This document shows positions 54,327-63,089 of a DNA stretch of 64,000 nt, one piece after another. The notes under the pieces are model-generated. The model was not told the origin of the DNA, did not search any database, and saw only the letters and a list, made by a program, of their open reading frames with translations. Position 1 is the stretch's first letter; each line of letters starts with the position of its first letter. Source of the DNA: a virus (Duplodnaviria > Caudoviricetes); the IMG/VR virus record IMGVR_UViG_2865512620_000005, positions 481 to 64,480 of that record; one strand, written 5' to 3'. The position numbers and the translations under genes were made by a program.

Positions 54327-54713
54327 GTGGCCAACACCGGTATCACCGCTTATCTGGCGAACAAGCTCCTCGATCACGTGTGCCGCAACGTCGCCTACAC
54401 ACCACCCGCGGTGGTGTACTTCCAAGCGCACACCGGCCAACCCGGCGCCGCCTGCAGCTCGAACGTCGCGACCAACACCACGCGGTACGCCTGCTCATTC
54501 GCGGCGGCGGCGTCCGGCGCGATCGCACTGTCCAACACCCCCGAACACACCCTGGGCGGCACCAACACCGTCACCCACGGATCGTTCTGGGACACGGCCA
54601 GCGGAGGCAACGCGCTGTGGAGTGCAGATGCTTCGGTCGCAAAAGGTGGTGTGTCCGGTGACATCATCCGCGTCACCACCGCGCCGCTGTCCTTCTCGCC
54701 GATCGCATCGTAG
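54327..54713 (+). CDS. Minor tail / fibre-associated protein
   Basis: YLANKLLDH..HTGQPG..THGSFWDTASGGN. Confidence 0.65.
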   Translation: MANTGITAYLANKLLDHVCRNVAYTPPAVVYFQAHTGQPGAACSSNVATNTTRYACSFAAAASGAIALSNTPEHTLGGTNTVTHGSFWDTASGGNALWSADASVAKGGVSGDIIRVTTAPLSFSPIAS

Positions 54714-54721
54714 GAGACACC

Positions 54722-55078
54722 ATGGCTGACAACGAGATCCAGTGGGGCGTGCAGTGGGAGGTAGCGACGCCGCCCGAGTCGGTCACCACCAACACCCCGG
54801 TCGCGCCGATACCACCGGCCCCTGACGCCGACCAGGAATTGCAGGATCAGTACGCCGAACTGCTCATCGCGTTCGAGGAAGCGGTTCGGGTCCACGCCGC
54901 GCTGCTCGATGAAGCTCTGGCCGACCCGGCGGCGTGGCAGATCACGGTGACGGTGTTCGGGTCGGAGGCCGAGGCGCGCCAGACGTTGGCTGAGATGCGT
55001 CGTGTCAACAACGGCAACGTGCTGACCCGCAACTTCCAGTTGGTGACCTCACCGCCGCGCTCCTGGACGCCCGTGTAG
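54722..55078 (+). CDS. Hypothetical protein
   Basis: AGGAG RBS. Confidence 0.6.
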   Translation: MADNEIQWGVQWEVATPPESVTTNTPVAPIPPAPDADQELQDQYAELLIAFEEAVRVHAALLDEALADPAAWQITVTVFGSEAEARQTLAEMRRVNNGNVLTRNFQLVTSPPRSWTPV

Positions 55079-55107
55079 CCGCACCGCCGCTCCGTAACCT
55101 CACCGCC

Positions 55108-55749
55108 GTGGCGATCACGGAGTACACCGAGCCGAACGTCTGCATCGGGGAGAACCTCACCACCGACGACGCCGGACAGCTCCGTTTGCAGCCGTGGGCG
55201 GTGCCGCGTCTCGTTGCTGATGTGCGGGGCAATTCGGGTGGTGACGGGAAGGTATACCCGACCACTGCGCTGCCGGGAAAGCTGCTGATCGACATCAAAG
55301 CTGGGTGGCGCAATGAAACTCCGCTCGAGCAGCAGTTGTTGATCCGCGTGGTCCGCGGCCCGCGCTACTGGCTGACCAGCAACCCGAACGCGATTCAGTT
55401 CCGTGACCGCTGGACCTACGCGATGGACGCCGAACCCGGACCGCCGATCACGTCGGGAATCTTCAACGGGCAGACCGGATCCGCGATCGACCTGGGCACC
55501 AACAGTGTCGCCGAGCCTCAGCCAGGGCAGCAGTGGATGTGGACCGACACCAACATGGTCGACGAGTGGGTGCCCTACCCGATCGGGCCCGGCCAGTCGT
55601 TCAAGGCCTGGTACCGCTGCTACGTGTGGACGCCGCCGCCGTGGAGCGACAACGCGAACAAGAACAGCCCGAAGCATGAGGCGAAAGCGAATTGGGCTCG
55701 GCTACAACTGATCGCGTTCGGACAGCAAGGAAATGTGGTGACCGGATGA
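55108..55749 (+). CDS. Tail/baseplate-region protein, paralog 1
   Basis: QPW..PRLVA...WRNETPLEQ..RGPR. Confidence 0.65.
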   Translation: MAITEYTEPNVCIGENLTTDDAGQLRLQPWAVPRLVADVRGNSGGDGKVYPTTALPGKLLIDIKAGWRNETPLEQQLLIRVVRGPRYWLTSNPNAIQFRDRWTYAMDAEPGPPITSGIFNGQTGSAIDLGTNSVAEPQPGQQWMWTDTNMVDEWVPYPIGPGQSFKAWYRCYVWTPPPWSDNANKNSPKHEAKANWARLQLIAFGQQGNVVTG

Positions 55750-55850
55750 ACCTGCTCGTGGGCATCCTGATCGGGATCGCGGTCTGGCCGGCGGTTTACG
55801 TCGCGTCCTGGGGCGTGGCGTGGATCCGCTACTGGAGGGGTCGGCGATGA
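55746..55850 (+). CDS. 34-aa single-TM micropeptide
   Basis: MNLLVGILIGIAVWPAVYVASWGVAWIRYWRGRR; ATGA overlaps on both sides. Confidence 0.5.
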   Translation: MNLLVGILIGIAVWPAVYVASWGVAWIRYWRGRR

Positions 55851-56446
55851 CCGTCAAACCCTGCACCATGGAGGGGATGCTGGCCACGGTCGACGGTCTC
55901 GACATGGCGCGGCACTGGTTTCCCCGCATTGTCGCCGAACGATTCCTCGAATCCACCAAGGACGGCACGATCAGCCGCGCCCCCGACCCGGTGACGATGA
56001 TCAGCGGCGACATAGACTGGTACAACAACACCGGTGACCCGCAAGTCGTTGCCGTGCAGGTCAATAGAGCACCGCGCAGCATCGTCGCGCAGAACCCCGG
56101 CACCGTCGTGATCCACGACGCCTGGTCGCACGCGCAGGGTGTCAGCCCCACCGCCGACTACCCCAGCATCGTTCAGGACGCGTTCGGTGGCCGCGCCCAG
56201 GTCGACCGGCCGGAGGCCCGCGCGGAGGACCTGAAATACGGGCGCCTGTTCATCGACGGTGACGGCTCGCAGGCGTGGGTGCCGATCGGCGTCCTGCCGG
56301 CGAAGCATTCGCTGCACTTCCGCTACCTCGCCGCGGTCCAGACTCCCGGCGTGTGGACGTCGGCCAGCGAGTTCGAGTCGCGGTGGGAAGCGCACGCCCG
56401 CTGGGCCCGCCTGCTGGTATTTGCCACCCCGGTGGGTTCGGCATGA
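55847..56446 (+). CDS. Tail/baseplate-region protein, paralog 2
   Basis: HWFPRIVA...WYNNTGDPQ..RAPR. Confidence 0.65.
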   Translation: MTVKPCTMEGMLATVDGLDMARHWFPRIVAERFLESTKDGTISRAPDPVTMISGDIDWYNNTGDPQVVAVQVNRAPRSIVAQNPGTVVIHDAWSHAQGVSPTADYPSIVQDAFGGRAQVDRPEARAEDLKYGRLFIDGDGSQAWVPIGVLPAKHSLHFRYLAAVQTPGVWTSASEFESRWEAHARWARLLVFATPVGSA

Positions 56447-57753
56447 GCGGCGCCAACAGTGAGCACTTCGCGATCGTCGACGAAGCGATCGAACCGCAGC
56501 CATGGACGCAATACCGCCAGCTGGCCAGCCGGACAGCCACATCGGTATCCCGCAGCTACGACACGAGCGGTGGCGGCAACAAAGCAGACCTGGTGCACAG
56601 CGTCGACATTCAGTGGACGAACAACAGCCCAGTGCCGCAGCAGGTTTACGGTCTCGTGACCCGGGCCGGCGCACAGGTGACATTGCAGGCCCGGTCCCGC
56701 GGCTACCTCGTCACCTCGCACGGCATCGACATCCGACCCACCGCGACGCCACCAGCGAGTTTCGACATGGTGGAGGTGTCGCGGTTCGGGTGCGGCATGG
56801 ACATCGGCAAGGGCGGAACCCTCGCATTGGGTACCAGCTTCGGTGTGCACGAAGTGCGGCAAAACAGCCAGAGCGCACCGTTGATGCCGCAGACCCCCGG
56901 GTGGCCGATGGTGGCGCCGGGGGAGACGTTCTTCGCGCGCGTGACCGTCCGATTCGTCAGCGATTTCTGGGAGAACACCACCATCGACGGCGGCGACCAG
57001 AACACCGAGTCGTTGTTCATCTCCGGCGATACACGCGTCGACCTGTTCGGAATCCCCAGCGTTGCAGGCGGTCCGCTGCCGTCACGGCCGGTCCCCACGG
57101 TCGTGGGGGTGGAGCACTCCACCAACAACACGTTCCCCACCGACGTCGATGTGCCGGCCGGAACAGCGGCGGGCGACGCCATGTTGGCGATCGTGGCGAA
57201 CAACATCGGCCTGGCCTCCGACATCACCCCGTCCGAATCCGGTTGGACCGAGCTGCATGTCCGCAATGACGGACTGATGGGCATCGGCGACGTCCACATG
57301 AAGGTGTACGGCCGCATCGCGTCGGCAGCCGAACCGGCTTCCTACCACTTCACCACCGGCGTGCTGGCCGAGGAGATCGTCACGCTCGTGGTGCTGCGCG
57401 ACGCCTCCACGGACTTCACCGAGTGGCGATTCGCCTCCACCCTGTCCCGGCGGTTCTGGGAACGCGGCGACGGCGGCCACGTGTGCCCCAGCATCGACAG
57501 CCGCGGTCAGCTGCTGTTGTGCGCCTCCCACATCGCTCACACGCCGCTGCAGGCGCCGATCAACCAGGCACCCCCGGCCGGCATGACCGCGCTGTCCGAC
57601 GTCGACGCCACCGGCTCCACGATGGCGGTCGCCGCGCTCGCCAGTCCGCCGCGGCCCACGCTGGACCGGTCGTTCACCCCGACCAAGGAACCCCAGTGGT
57701 CCGGGCGCGCGATCGCCCTGTCGGTGCTGGTGCCCGGCACCCCCGTCATCTGA
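56443..57753 (+). CDS. Tail/baseplate-region protein, paralog 3 with extra C-terminal domain
   Basis: QPWTQYRQLA...WTNNSPVPQ..RAG; VPAGTAAGDAMLAIV domain. Confidence 0.65.
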   Translation: MSGANSEHFAIVDEAIEPQPWTQYRQLASRTATSVSRSYDTSGGGNKADLVHSVDIQWTNNSPVPQQVYGLVTRAGAQVTLQARSRGYLVTSHGIDIRPTATPPASFDMVEVSRFGCGMDIGKGGTLALGTSFGVHEVRQNSQSAPLMPQTPGWPMVAPGETFFARVTVRFVSDFWENTTIDGGDQNTESLFISGDTRVDLFGIPSVAGGPLPSRPVPTVVGVEHSTNNTFPTDVDVPAGTAAGDAMLAIVANNIGLASDITPSESGWTELHVRNDGLMGIGDVHMKVYGRIASAAEPASYHFTTGVLAEEIVTLVVLRDASTDFTEWRFASTLSRRFWERGDGGHVCPSIDSRGQLLLCASHIAHTPLQAPINQAPPAGMTALSDVDATGSTMAVAALASPPRPTLDRSFTPTKEPQWSGRAIALSVLVPGTPVI

Positions 57754-57763
57754 GCCAGCCCAG

Positions 57764-58450
57764 ATGTTTGATCCGCCCGAGGGCTTCGACGACATGCTGG
57801 GCGACGCCGTGCTGGCGCCGCTGACGGGCCCGGTGTTGGACCTCGATGTGCCGGACGTCGGCGTCGTGAAGGCCCGTCGGCCGATGCCGAGATCGGCGGC
57901 CGCGCTGGCAATGTCAGGCAACCCGAAGATCACCCCGGAGGAACGGCACCGCCACCTGACCCAATTCGTCCGGGACCACCTCGACGACGGCGAGTTTGAG
58001 CGGCTGCTGTCAGCCATGATGGCCGACGAACTCCCCGGCGACACCACCACGCGCGTGGCGCGCGGGCTGGCGACCTGGGGCACCGCACGCCCCTATGTCG
58101 CCGTGATCATCCTGGCGGTGATGGCCGGCACGCACTGGCGAACCGTTCGACAGCGGATGCGGTCGGACGGAATCGCTGACCCGATGCGGGAACTACCGCA
58201 CATGCACGCCGTCATCGATGAGATCGAAACACTCGCGCTGGAGGGCACGGCCAGCACGGGCGATAAGGATCGGGATCGGCTGGCCCGCGAGGACCTGATG
58301 GACCGGCTGTATGCGCCCGAGCCGGAAGGGGCGGAACGCCTGAACGGCAAGGACTATCGGGCGCAGGTCAAACCTCCCGAGGGCTTCACGCCTGGTGAGG
58401 TGGAGGCGTCGTTCGATGCGTTCACGCGGGCGATGTCGGGGATGCGGTAG
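57764..58450 (+). CDS. Hypothetical protein, possible long-form tail assembly chaperone
   Basis: N-terminal half resembles the product of 40757-41326. Confidence 0.55.
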   Translation: MFDPPEGFDDMLGDAVLAPLTGPVLDLDVPDVGVVKARRPMPRSAAALAMSGNPKITPEERHRHLTQFVRDHLDDGEFERLLSAMMADELPGDTTTRVARGLATWGTARPYVAVIILAVMAGTHWRTVRQRMRSDGIADPMRELPHMHAVIDEIETLALEGTASTGDKDRDRLAREDLMDRLYAPEPEGAERLNGKDYRAQVKPPEGFTPGEVEASFDAFTRAMSGMR

Positions 58451-58479
58451 CTGCACGCTGGGCCCATAACCTGCGGGGC

Positions 58480-58893
58480 ATGTCGACGTTGGTTCCGTTC
58501 CTCGATCTGTCGAAGCCAGTCGGTGAACGGCTGGCGCCGCAGATGCAGCAGGAGATCGCCGAGGTCGCACCGTCCGGGCTGGTCAACGGGGCTGTCACCA
58601 CAGCGAAGCTGGCCGAGAAAGCCGTCACGGGCCCGAAGCTCGCCGACGGGGCAGCCACCACAGAGAAGATCGCCACCAACGGTGTGGAAGCCGTCAACCT
58701 CGCCCCCGGCGCCGTCACCACCCCCAAGCTCGACGACGACGCGGTCACCGCAGCCAAGGCAGGTCTGGGTGTCGTCACCGCCTACGACAAGGATGGCAAC
58801 CCTGTCGATGCGCCGATGGTGTTCATGACTCAAACCGAGTACGCAGCCATCACGCCGGTGCCGGGCGTCACCTACATGCTGCGAGCTGGCTGA
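58480..58893 (+). CDS. Short fibre-like protein
   Basis: GAVTTAKLA 10-aa repeats; C-terminal TQTEYAAITPVPGVTY. Confidence 0.65.
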   Translation: MSTLVPFLDLSKPVGERLAPQMQQEIAEVAPSGLVNGAVTTAKLAEKAVTGPKLADGAATTEKIATNGVEAVNLAPGAVTTPKLDDDAVTAAKAGLGVVTAYDKDGNPVDAPMVFMTQTEYAAITPVPGVTYMLRAG

Positions 58894-59579
58894 TGCCCAT
58901 CCCGGGGATCGTCACCATCAAACGCGACGGACAGGACATCGTCGAGATCCGCCGCGATGGTCAACTGCTCTGGTCGACATCGTCACTTGGGGACTACTTC
59001 GACCGAGATGATCTCGGCGCCAACTGGGTTCACTACGGCCCGGCGAGCGACTATGTGGCTGGCATCGTGGACGGGTCGCTTCGCCTCGACATTCCCGACG
59101 GGTTGCTGGCCGCGGCCCTCAAGACCGACCGCGTGCGGCTCAACACCGGCACGACCGGTGCCGATGACTATTACCTCGAATTCCGTATCGGCTCGCAGGG
59201 TTCCGGCAACAGCATCACTAACACGCAGCACCGCACGCAGGTGTTCGCGCGGGTGTCCAACGGTGCTTTCACGCACGGCGTCGGTGTCGAGCTGCTCAAC
59301 TCCAAGCTGGCGATCGTGCGCCGCGTCGCCGGCACCGACACCATCATGGTTCCGGACTGCGGCGCCTACGCTGCCGGCGACATCTGCCGCCTGTCAGGTG
59401 TGGGGAACCTGCACACGTTGCGCCGCAATGGCAAGTTCGCGGGGGAGTGGCCGGACAACGCCGGCACCGCGGCGAAGGGCGCGGGCTACCGCAGTATCGG
59501 TGCCCGGGTGGATGCGTCGAAGGATGCGCTTGGGCCGCGCCGGTTCTCGCCGACGATCGATTGGATTGTGGCCGGATAG
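58893..59579 (+). CDS. Fibre tip / lectin-like protein
   Basis: DYFDRDDLGANW beta-sandwich-like domain; coupled to the previous gene. Confidence 0.6.
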   Translation: MPIPGIVTIKRDGQDIVEIRRDGQLLWSTSSLGDYFDRDDLGANWVHYGPASDYVAGIVDGSLRLDIPDGLLAAALKTDRVRLNTGTTGADDYYLEFRIGSQGSGNSITNTQHRTQVFARVSNGAFTHGVGVELLNSKLAIVRRVAGTDTIMVPDCGAYAAGDICRLSGVGNLHTLRRNGKFAGEWPDNAGTAAKGAGYRSIGARVDASKDALGPRRFSPTIDWIVAG

Positions 59580-59612
59580 GGCTTGCACCCTGCAGCTTTA
59601 CCGTCCGGTGTC

Positions 59613-59960
59613 GTGCTCGGAAAACTGCTCGCATCGCTCGTGCCCATCCTCGGAAAAGCCATCTTCGACTACGCGGTGGAGTGGTTGAAGGACCCCGCCA
59701 ACCGCGACGACATCGACTCAGCAACCAAGTTCGTGCGGGAGCAGGCGGCCGAGGTGTTGCCGTCCCTCGTCGACAAGGCCACCAACGTCATCCCCGGCCA
59801 GCTCGATGACCAGGTCCTCGACAGCCTGGCGCGTCGTCTCGCACCGATGCTCGCCGGTCACTTGCCCGACCTCGGCGCCCTCACCAACGTGGTGGCCCAG
59901 TTGCAGCAGTTCGCCGGCCGGCTGCCCAACCTCGGTGGCCTGTTCGGCGGTGGCCGCTGA
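59613..59960 (+). CDS. Hypothetical protein preceding lysin A
   Basis: Leaderless start after a late-promoter motif; IPGQLDDQVLD. Confidence 0.6.
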   Translation: MLGKLLASLVPILGKAIFDYAVEWLKDPANRDDIDSATKFVREQAAEVLPSLVDKATNVIPGQLDDQVLDSLARRLAPMLAGHLPDLGALTNVVAQLQQFAGRLPNLGGLFGGGR

Positions 59961-61498
59961 TGCCGGCGCGCGCTGCGGTCGAGTACCTCAAGGCCCGCTT
60001 CCGGGAACGCGTCGGCAACGACTACATCTACGGCGGCGAGTGGTCCAAGACCAACGTGCGGCAGGGCTGCGACTGCTCCGCGCTGGCCGCTCACGGGCTC
60101 AACGGCGTGATCTACGGCGAGGCCATGCAGTGGCGACGCATCGACCCGGCGACCGGCGCGTGGATCACCACCGAATCGTGGCGCCCCATCGAGGTGGGGG
60201 ACCGCGGACCGTTTGGCACCATCACCGTCGCGCACCCCAACGACTTCCCGGCCGACGCCGCGGTGAAGATCGCCATCCACCACGGGCCCGGCGGCGGTGC
60301 CAACTCGCACATGTGGATCGAAGTCGACGGCGTCCGAATGGAATCCAACGGCACCGACGGCTGCGTCACCGGCAACCAAGCCCGCTCTGTCTATGACACG
60401 GGGTACGCGAACGACTGGGCTTACCTACCCGGCCCGATCACCGAGGACGGCACCGAAGTGGCGCCGGACCCCAACGCCGTCACCTACGGCATCGACATCT
60501 CCAACCACCAGGGCGTGATGGACCTCGACCGCGTCAAAGCCGAGGGGTTCGACTTCGTGTTCGCCAAGGTGTCCGAGGGCGCGAGCTACCGGGACCCGTT
60601 CTGGCCCAAGACGCGTGACGACGCTCGGCGGCTCGGCCTGATCCTGGCCGGCTACCACTACGTCCGCACCGGCGACCCGGCGGCCCAGGCCCGTCTGTTC
60701 GTCGACCAGCTCGGCGACAAGTCCATCCCCGCCATGCTCGACTTCGAAGCCGGATCCGGTGACATCGCCCAGTTCTGGGCAGTCAAGGCCGAGATCGAGA
60801 AGCTCGGGGTGCGAGTCGCGCTGTCGTATATCCCCGACTGGTATTGGGCGCAGATCGGCAAGCCGGACCTGTCGCAGGTGCCGGGCCTCATCCGCTCCGA
60901 GTACGTCTCTGGCAGCGGATACGCGTCGGTGCTGTACCCAGGCAACTCCTGGGCGATGTGGGGCGCGTACGGCGGCCGTACGCCCGACATTCTGCAGTTC
61001 ACCGACCGTGCCCTAGTGGCCGGGAAATCGGTCGACGCCAACGCGTTCCGCGGCACACCCACGCAGCTCCGCCAACTTCTCAACCTCGAAACCCCACCAC
61101 AGTCAGGAGAAATCACCATGTCCGCAGCCGAAGAGCTCGAAGCCCAGTCCCGCGGTGTGTTCCCACCGTCCGACCCCGCCAAGCGGTCCGGCTGGCCGCA
61201 GCCGTGGCGGTTCGTGTTCTCCCGTTTCGCTCGCCCGTTCAACAGCATCGTGAAGGACCCGGCGCGCGGCCCGTGGGGTCGTGTCCAGCCGGACGGCAGC
61301 TGGCAGAACGGCCACACCGACAGCGACGAGCAGACCGTCACCATCGGTGAGCAGATCGCCTGGCGCAACGACTTTTCCGACGGCATCGTCCGGGACCACG
61401 GGGACGTGATGATCGAGCTGATGGAGGACCTCATCGCCCGCCGCAAGGCCGCCGGACAGTCCACCAGCCCGGCCAGCGACGCGCTCAAGGCCAAGTAG
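59960..61498 (+). CDS. lysA: Lysin A (N-terminal Cys-His peptidase, GH25 muramidase, C-terminal domain)
   Basis: YIYGG..CDCSAL..SHM; YGIDISNHQG, KVSEG, AGYHY, MLDFE, ILQFT, VDANAF. Confidence 0.9.
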   Translation: MPARAAVEYLKARFRERVGNDYIYGGEWSKTNVRQGCDCSALAAHGLNGVIYGEAMQWRRIDPATGAWITTESWRPIEVGDRGPFGTITVAHPNDFPADAAVKIAIHHGPGGGANSHMWIEVDGVRMESNGTDGCVTGNQARSVYDTGYANDWAYLPGPITEDGTEVAPDPNAVTYGIDISNHQGVMDLDRVKAEGFDFVFAKVSEGASYRDPFWPKTRDDARRLGLILAGYHYVRTGDPAAQARLFVDQLGDKSIPAMLDFEAGSGDIAQFWAVKAEIEKLGVRVALSYIPDWYWAQIGKPDLSQVPGLIRSEYVSGSGYASVLYPGNSWAMWGAYGGRTPDILQFTDRALVAGKSVDANAFRGTPTQLRQLLNLETPPQSGEITMSAAEELEAQSRGVFPPSDPAKRSGWPQPWRFVFSRFARPFNSIVKDPARGPWGRVQPDGSWQNGHTDSDEQTVTIGEQIAWRNDFSDGIVRDHGDVMIELMEDLIARRKAAGQSTSPASDALKAK

Positions 61499-61500
61499 CG

Positions 61501-61893
61501 ATGAGCATCGCGGCGGCCATCGCGACCGCCGGCCTGGCGCACATGTTCGGCGATTACCTGATCCAGTCCGATTGGATGGCCCAGGAGAAGACGAAGCGGT
61601 GGTGGCCAGCAGTCGCGCACGCGCTGACGTACGGCATCCCGTTCCTGTTCGTCACCCAGTCGCCGCTGGCGCTGCTCGTGATCATCAGCACGCACGCCGT
61701 GATCGACCGGTATCGGCTGGCTCGGCACGTCGTGTGGTTCAAGAATCAGTTCGCCCCCAGTGCCTTCCGGCCGCCGCACACCCCGACTGGCCACGGCGCA
61801 GACCGCCCCGACTGGCTGGCCGTGTGGCTGCTCATCATCGCCGACAACGTGCTCCACATGCTGATCAACGTCGCCGCGGTGGTGTGGCTATGA
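61501..61893 (+). CDS. DUF3307-like membrane protein
   Basis: AHMFGDYLIQSDWMA..K, HALTY, THAVID, DNVLH. Confidence 0.8.
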   Translation: MSIAAAIATAGLAHMFGDYLIQSDWMAQEKTKRWWPAVAHALTYGIPFLFVTQSPLALLVIISTHAVIDRYRLARHVVWFKNQFAPSAFRPPHTPTGHGADRPDWLAVWLLIIADNVLHMLINVAAVVWL

Positions 61894-62777
61894 CCGGCAT
61901 GGCCGAGCTGCTGGCCGGGCGCCGCGGCGTCGAGTTCGTGCGGCACGCGATCCTGACGTTCGCCGGCACCTGGGCCGCGCCCGGCTCCGGCTATCCATCG
62001 TGGGTCGTGGCCGGTGCTGCGGACACGTTGGACGCACCGGTGTTCGAGGTACCCGTCCAGGCACCGTGGAGCTTCGGGTTCATCGGCGCACCCAACCCGA
62101 ACGCCCCGAGCTACGCGAAGTCCGTCGACATCGCGGTGGAGTGGGCGATCGAGTGGATCTTGGCGCACCCGCTGCAGACGTTCGGGCTCGGCGGCTACTC
62201 CCAGGGCGCCGAGGCGGCGTCACGCGTGCTGCTGGAGATCATCACCCCGGGCGGCCGCCTGTATCACCTGCGGCGCAACTTCGTCGGCGGCTACACGATC
62301 GGCAACCCGATGCGCGGGCAAGGCCACACCGGGTCCGGCCTCGTCGACCCGGGCGGCCGCGGCATCGCCGCCAAGCGCCTGCCCGCCGACCTCCCGGCCA
62401 CGTGGGTCGACATCGGCAACCCGGGCGACATGTACACCTCGGTGCCGATCGGCCAGGCGGGCGACAACATCACCGCCTGCTACATGGCGGCGATCCAACT
62501 CGGCCTCGACATCAACGCCGCCACCGCAGTGCTGGCCGCGCTCACCGGAAAGGGCGGCTTGGCCGAGCAAGTCCTGGAGCTGCTGACCAACCCGCTGAAC
62601 GTCGGCGCCCTGGCGAAGAGTGTCGCCGTGGCGTTGCAGTTCGTGGCCCAGAATCCGCCGACCGGTCCGCACATCACCTACGAATGGCGGCCTGTCACTG
62701 CCGACGGTCGCACCGGGATCCAGTACGCAGTCGACCACCTCGGCGCCATCGCCGCCGCGATACCAGCAGCGGCCTGA
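61890..62777 (+). CDS. lysB: Lysin B (cutinase-like esterase)
   Basis: GGYSQGA, IGNPMR, GDMY, GPHITY. Confidence 0.88.
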   Translation: MTGMAELLAGRRGVEFVRHAILTFAGTWAAPGSGYPSWVVAGAADTLDAPVFEVPVQAPWSFGFIGAPNPNAPSYAKSVDIAVEWAIEWILAHPLQTFGLGGYSQGAEAASRVLLEIITPGGRLYHLRRNFVGGYTIGNPMRGQGHTGSGLVDPGGRGIAAKRLPADLPATWVDIGNPGDMYTSVPIGQAGDNITACYMAAIQLGLDINAATAVLAALTGKGGLAEQVLELLTNPLNVGALAKSVAVALQFVAQNPPTGPHITYEWRPVTADGRTGIQYAVDHLGAIAAAIPAAA

Positions 62778-62876
62778 CACCGTGGCCGCGGTCTACGCGA
62801 TGTGCTGGATCGGCATCGCGGACAGCGCAGCATCCATCGCGCTGGCGTTTACTCTGGCGTGGCGCAACCGTCGCAC

Positions 62877-63029
62877 CTAGCTCATGTGGTGCACCTTGAG
62901 GGCGATGTCTCCAACGGCCTCGGCTAACCTCTCGACAGCAATTGCCATGCGCCGCTCGTACTCGTTACTGGCTGCGTGTCTAGCTAGGCGCGCCGAGCTC
63001 TGCGCTTCTGCCGCTTTACCTTGAGCCAT
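62877..63029 (-). CDS. 50-aa hypothetical protein
   Basis: GGAGG RBS; MAQGKAAEAQSSARLARHAASNEYERRMAIAVERLAEAVGDIALKVHHMS. Confidence 0.5.
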   Translation of the reverse strand: MAQGKAAEAQSSARLARHAASNEYERRMAIAVERLAEAVGDIALKVHHMS

Positions 63030-63089
63030 GTGTGCCTCCGGTTCCTTGGGGTGGGTAGAAGTCCACTCTTGCTCAGATATCGTGGCGCG

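Noticed and set aside
49418-59579. Diversity-generating retroelement acting on tail fibres
   Set aside because: No reverse transcriptase and no template/variable repeat pair were seen.
62782-62880. 32-aa hydrophobic ORF after lysB
   Set aside because: No clear RBS or coupling; the evidence is too weak to call a gene.
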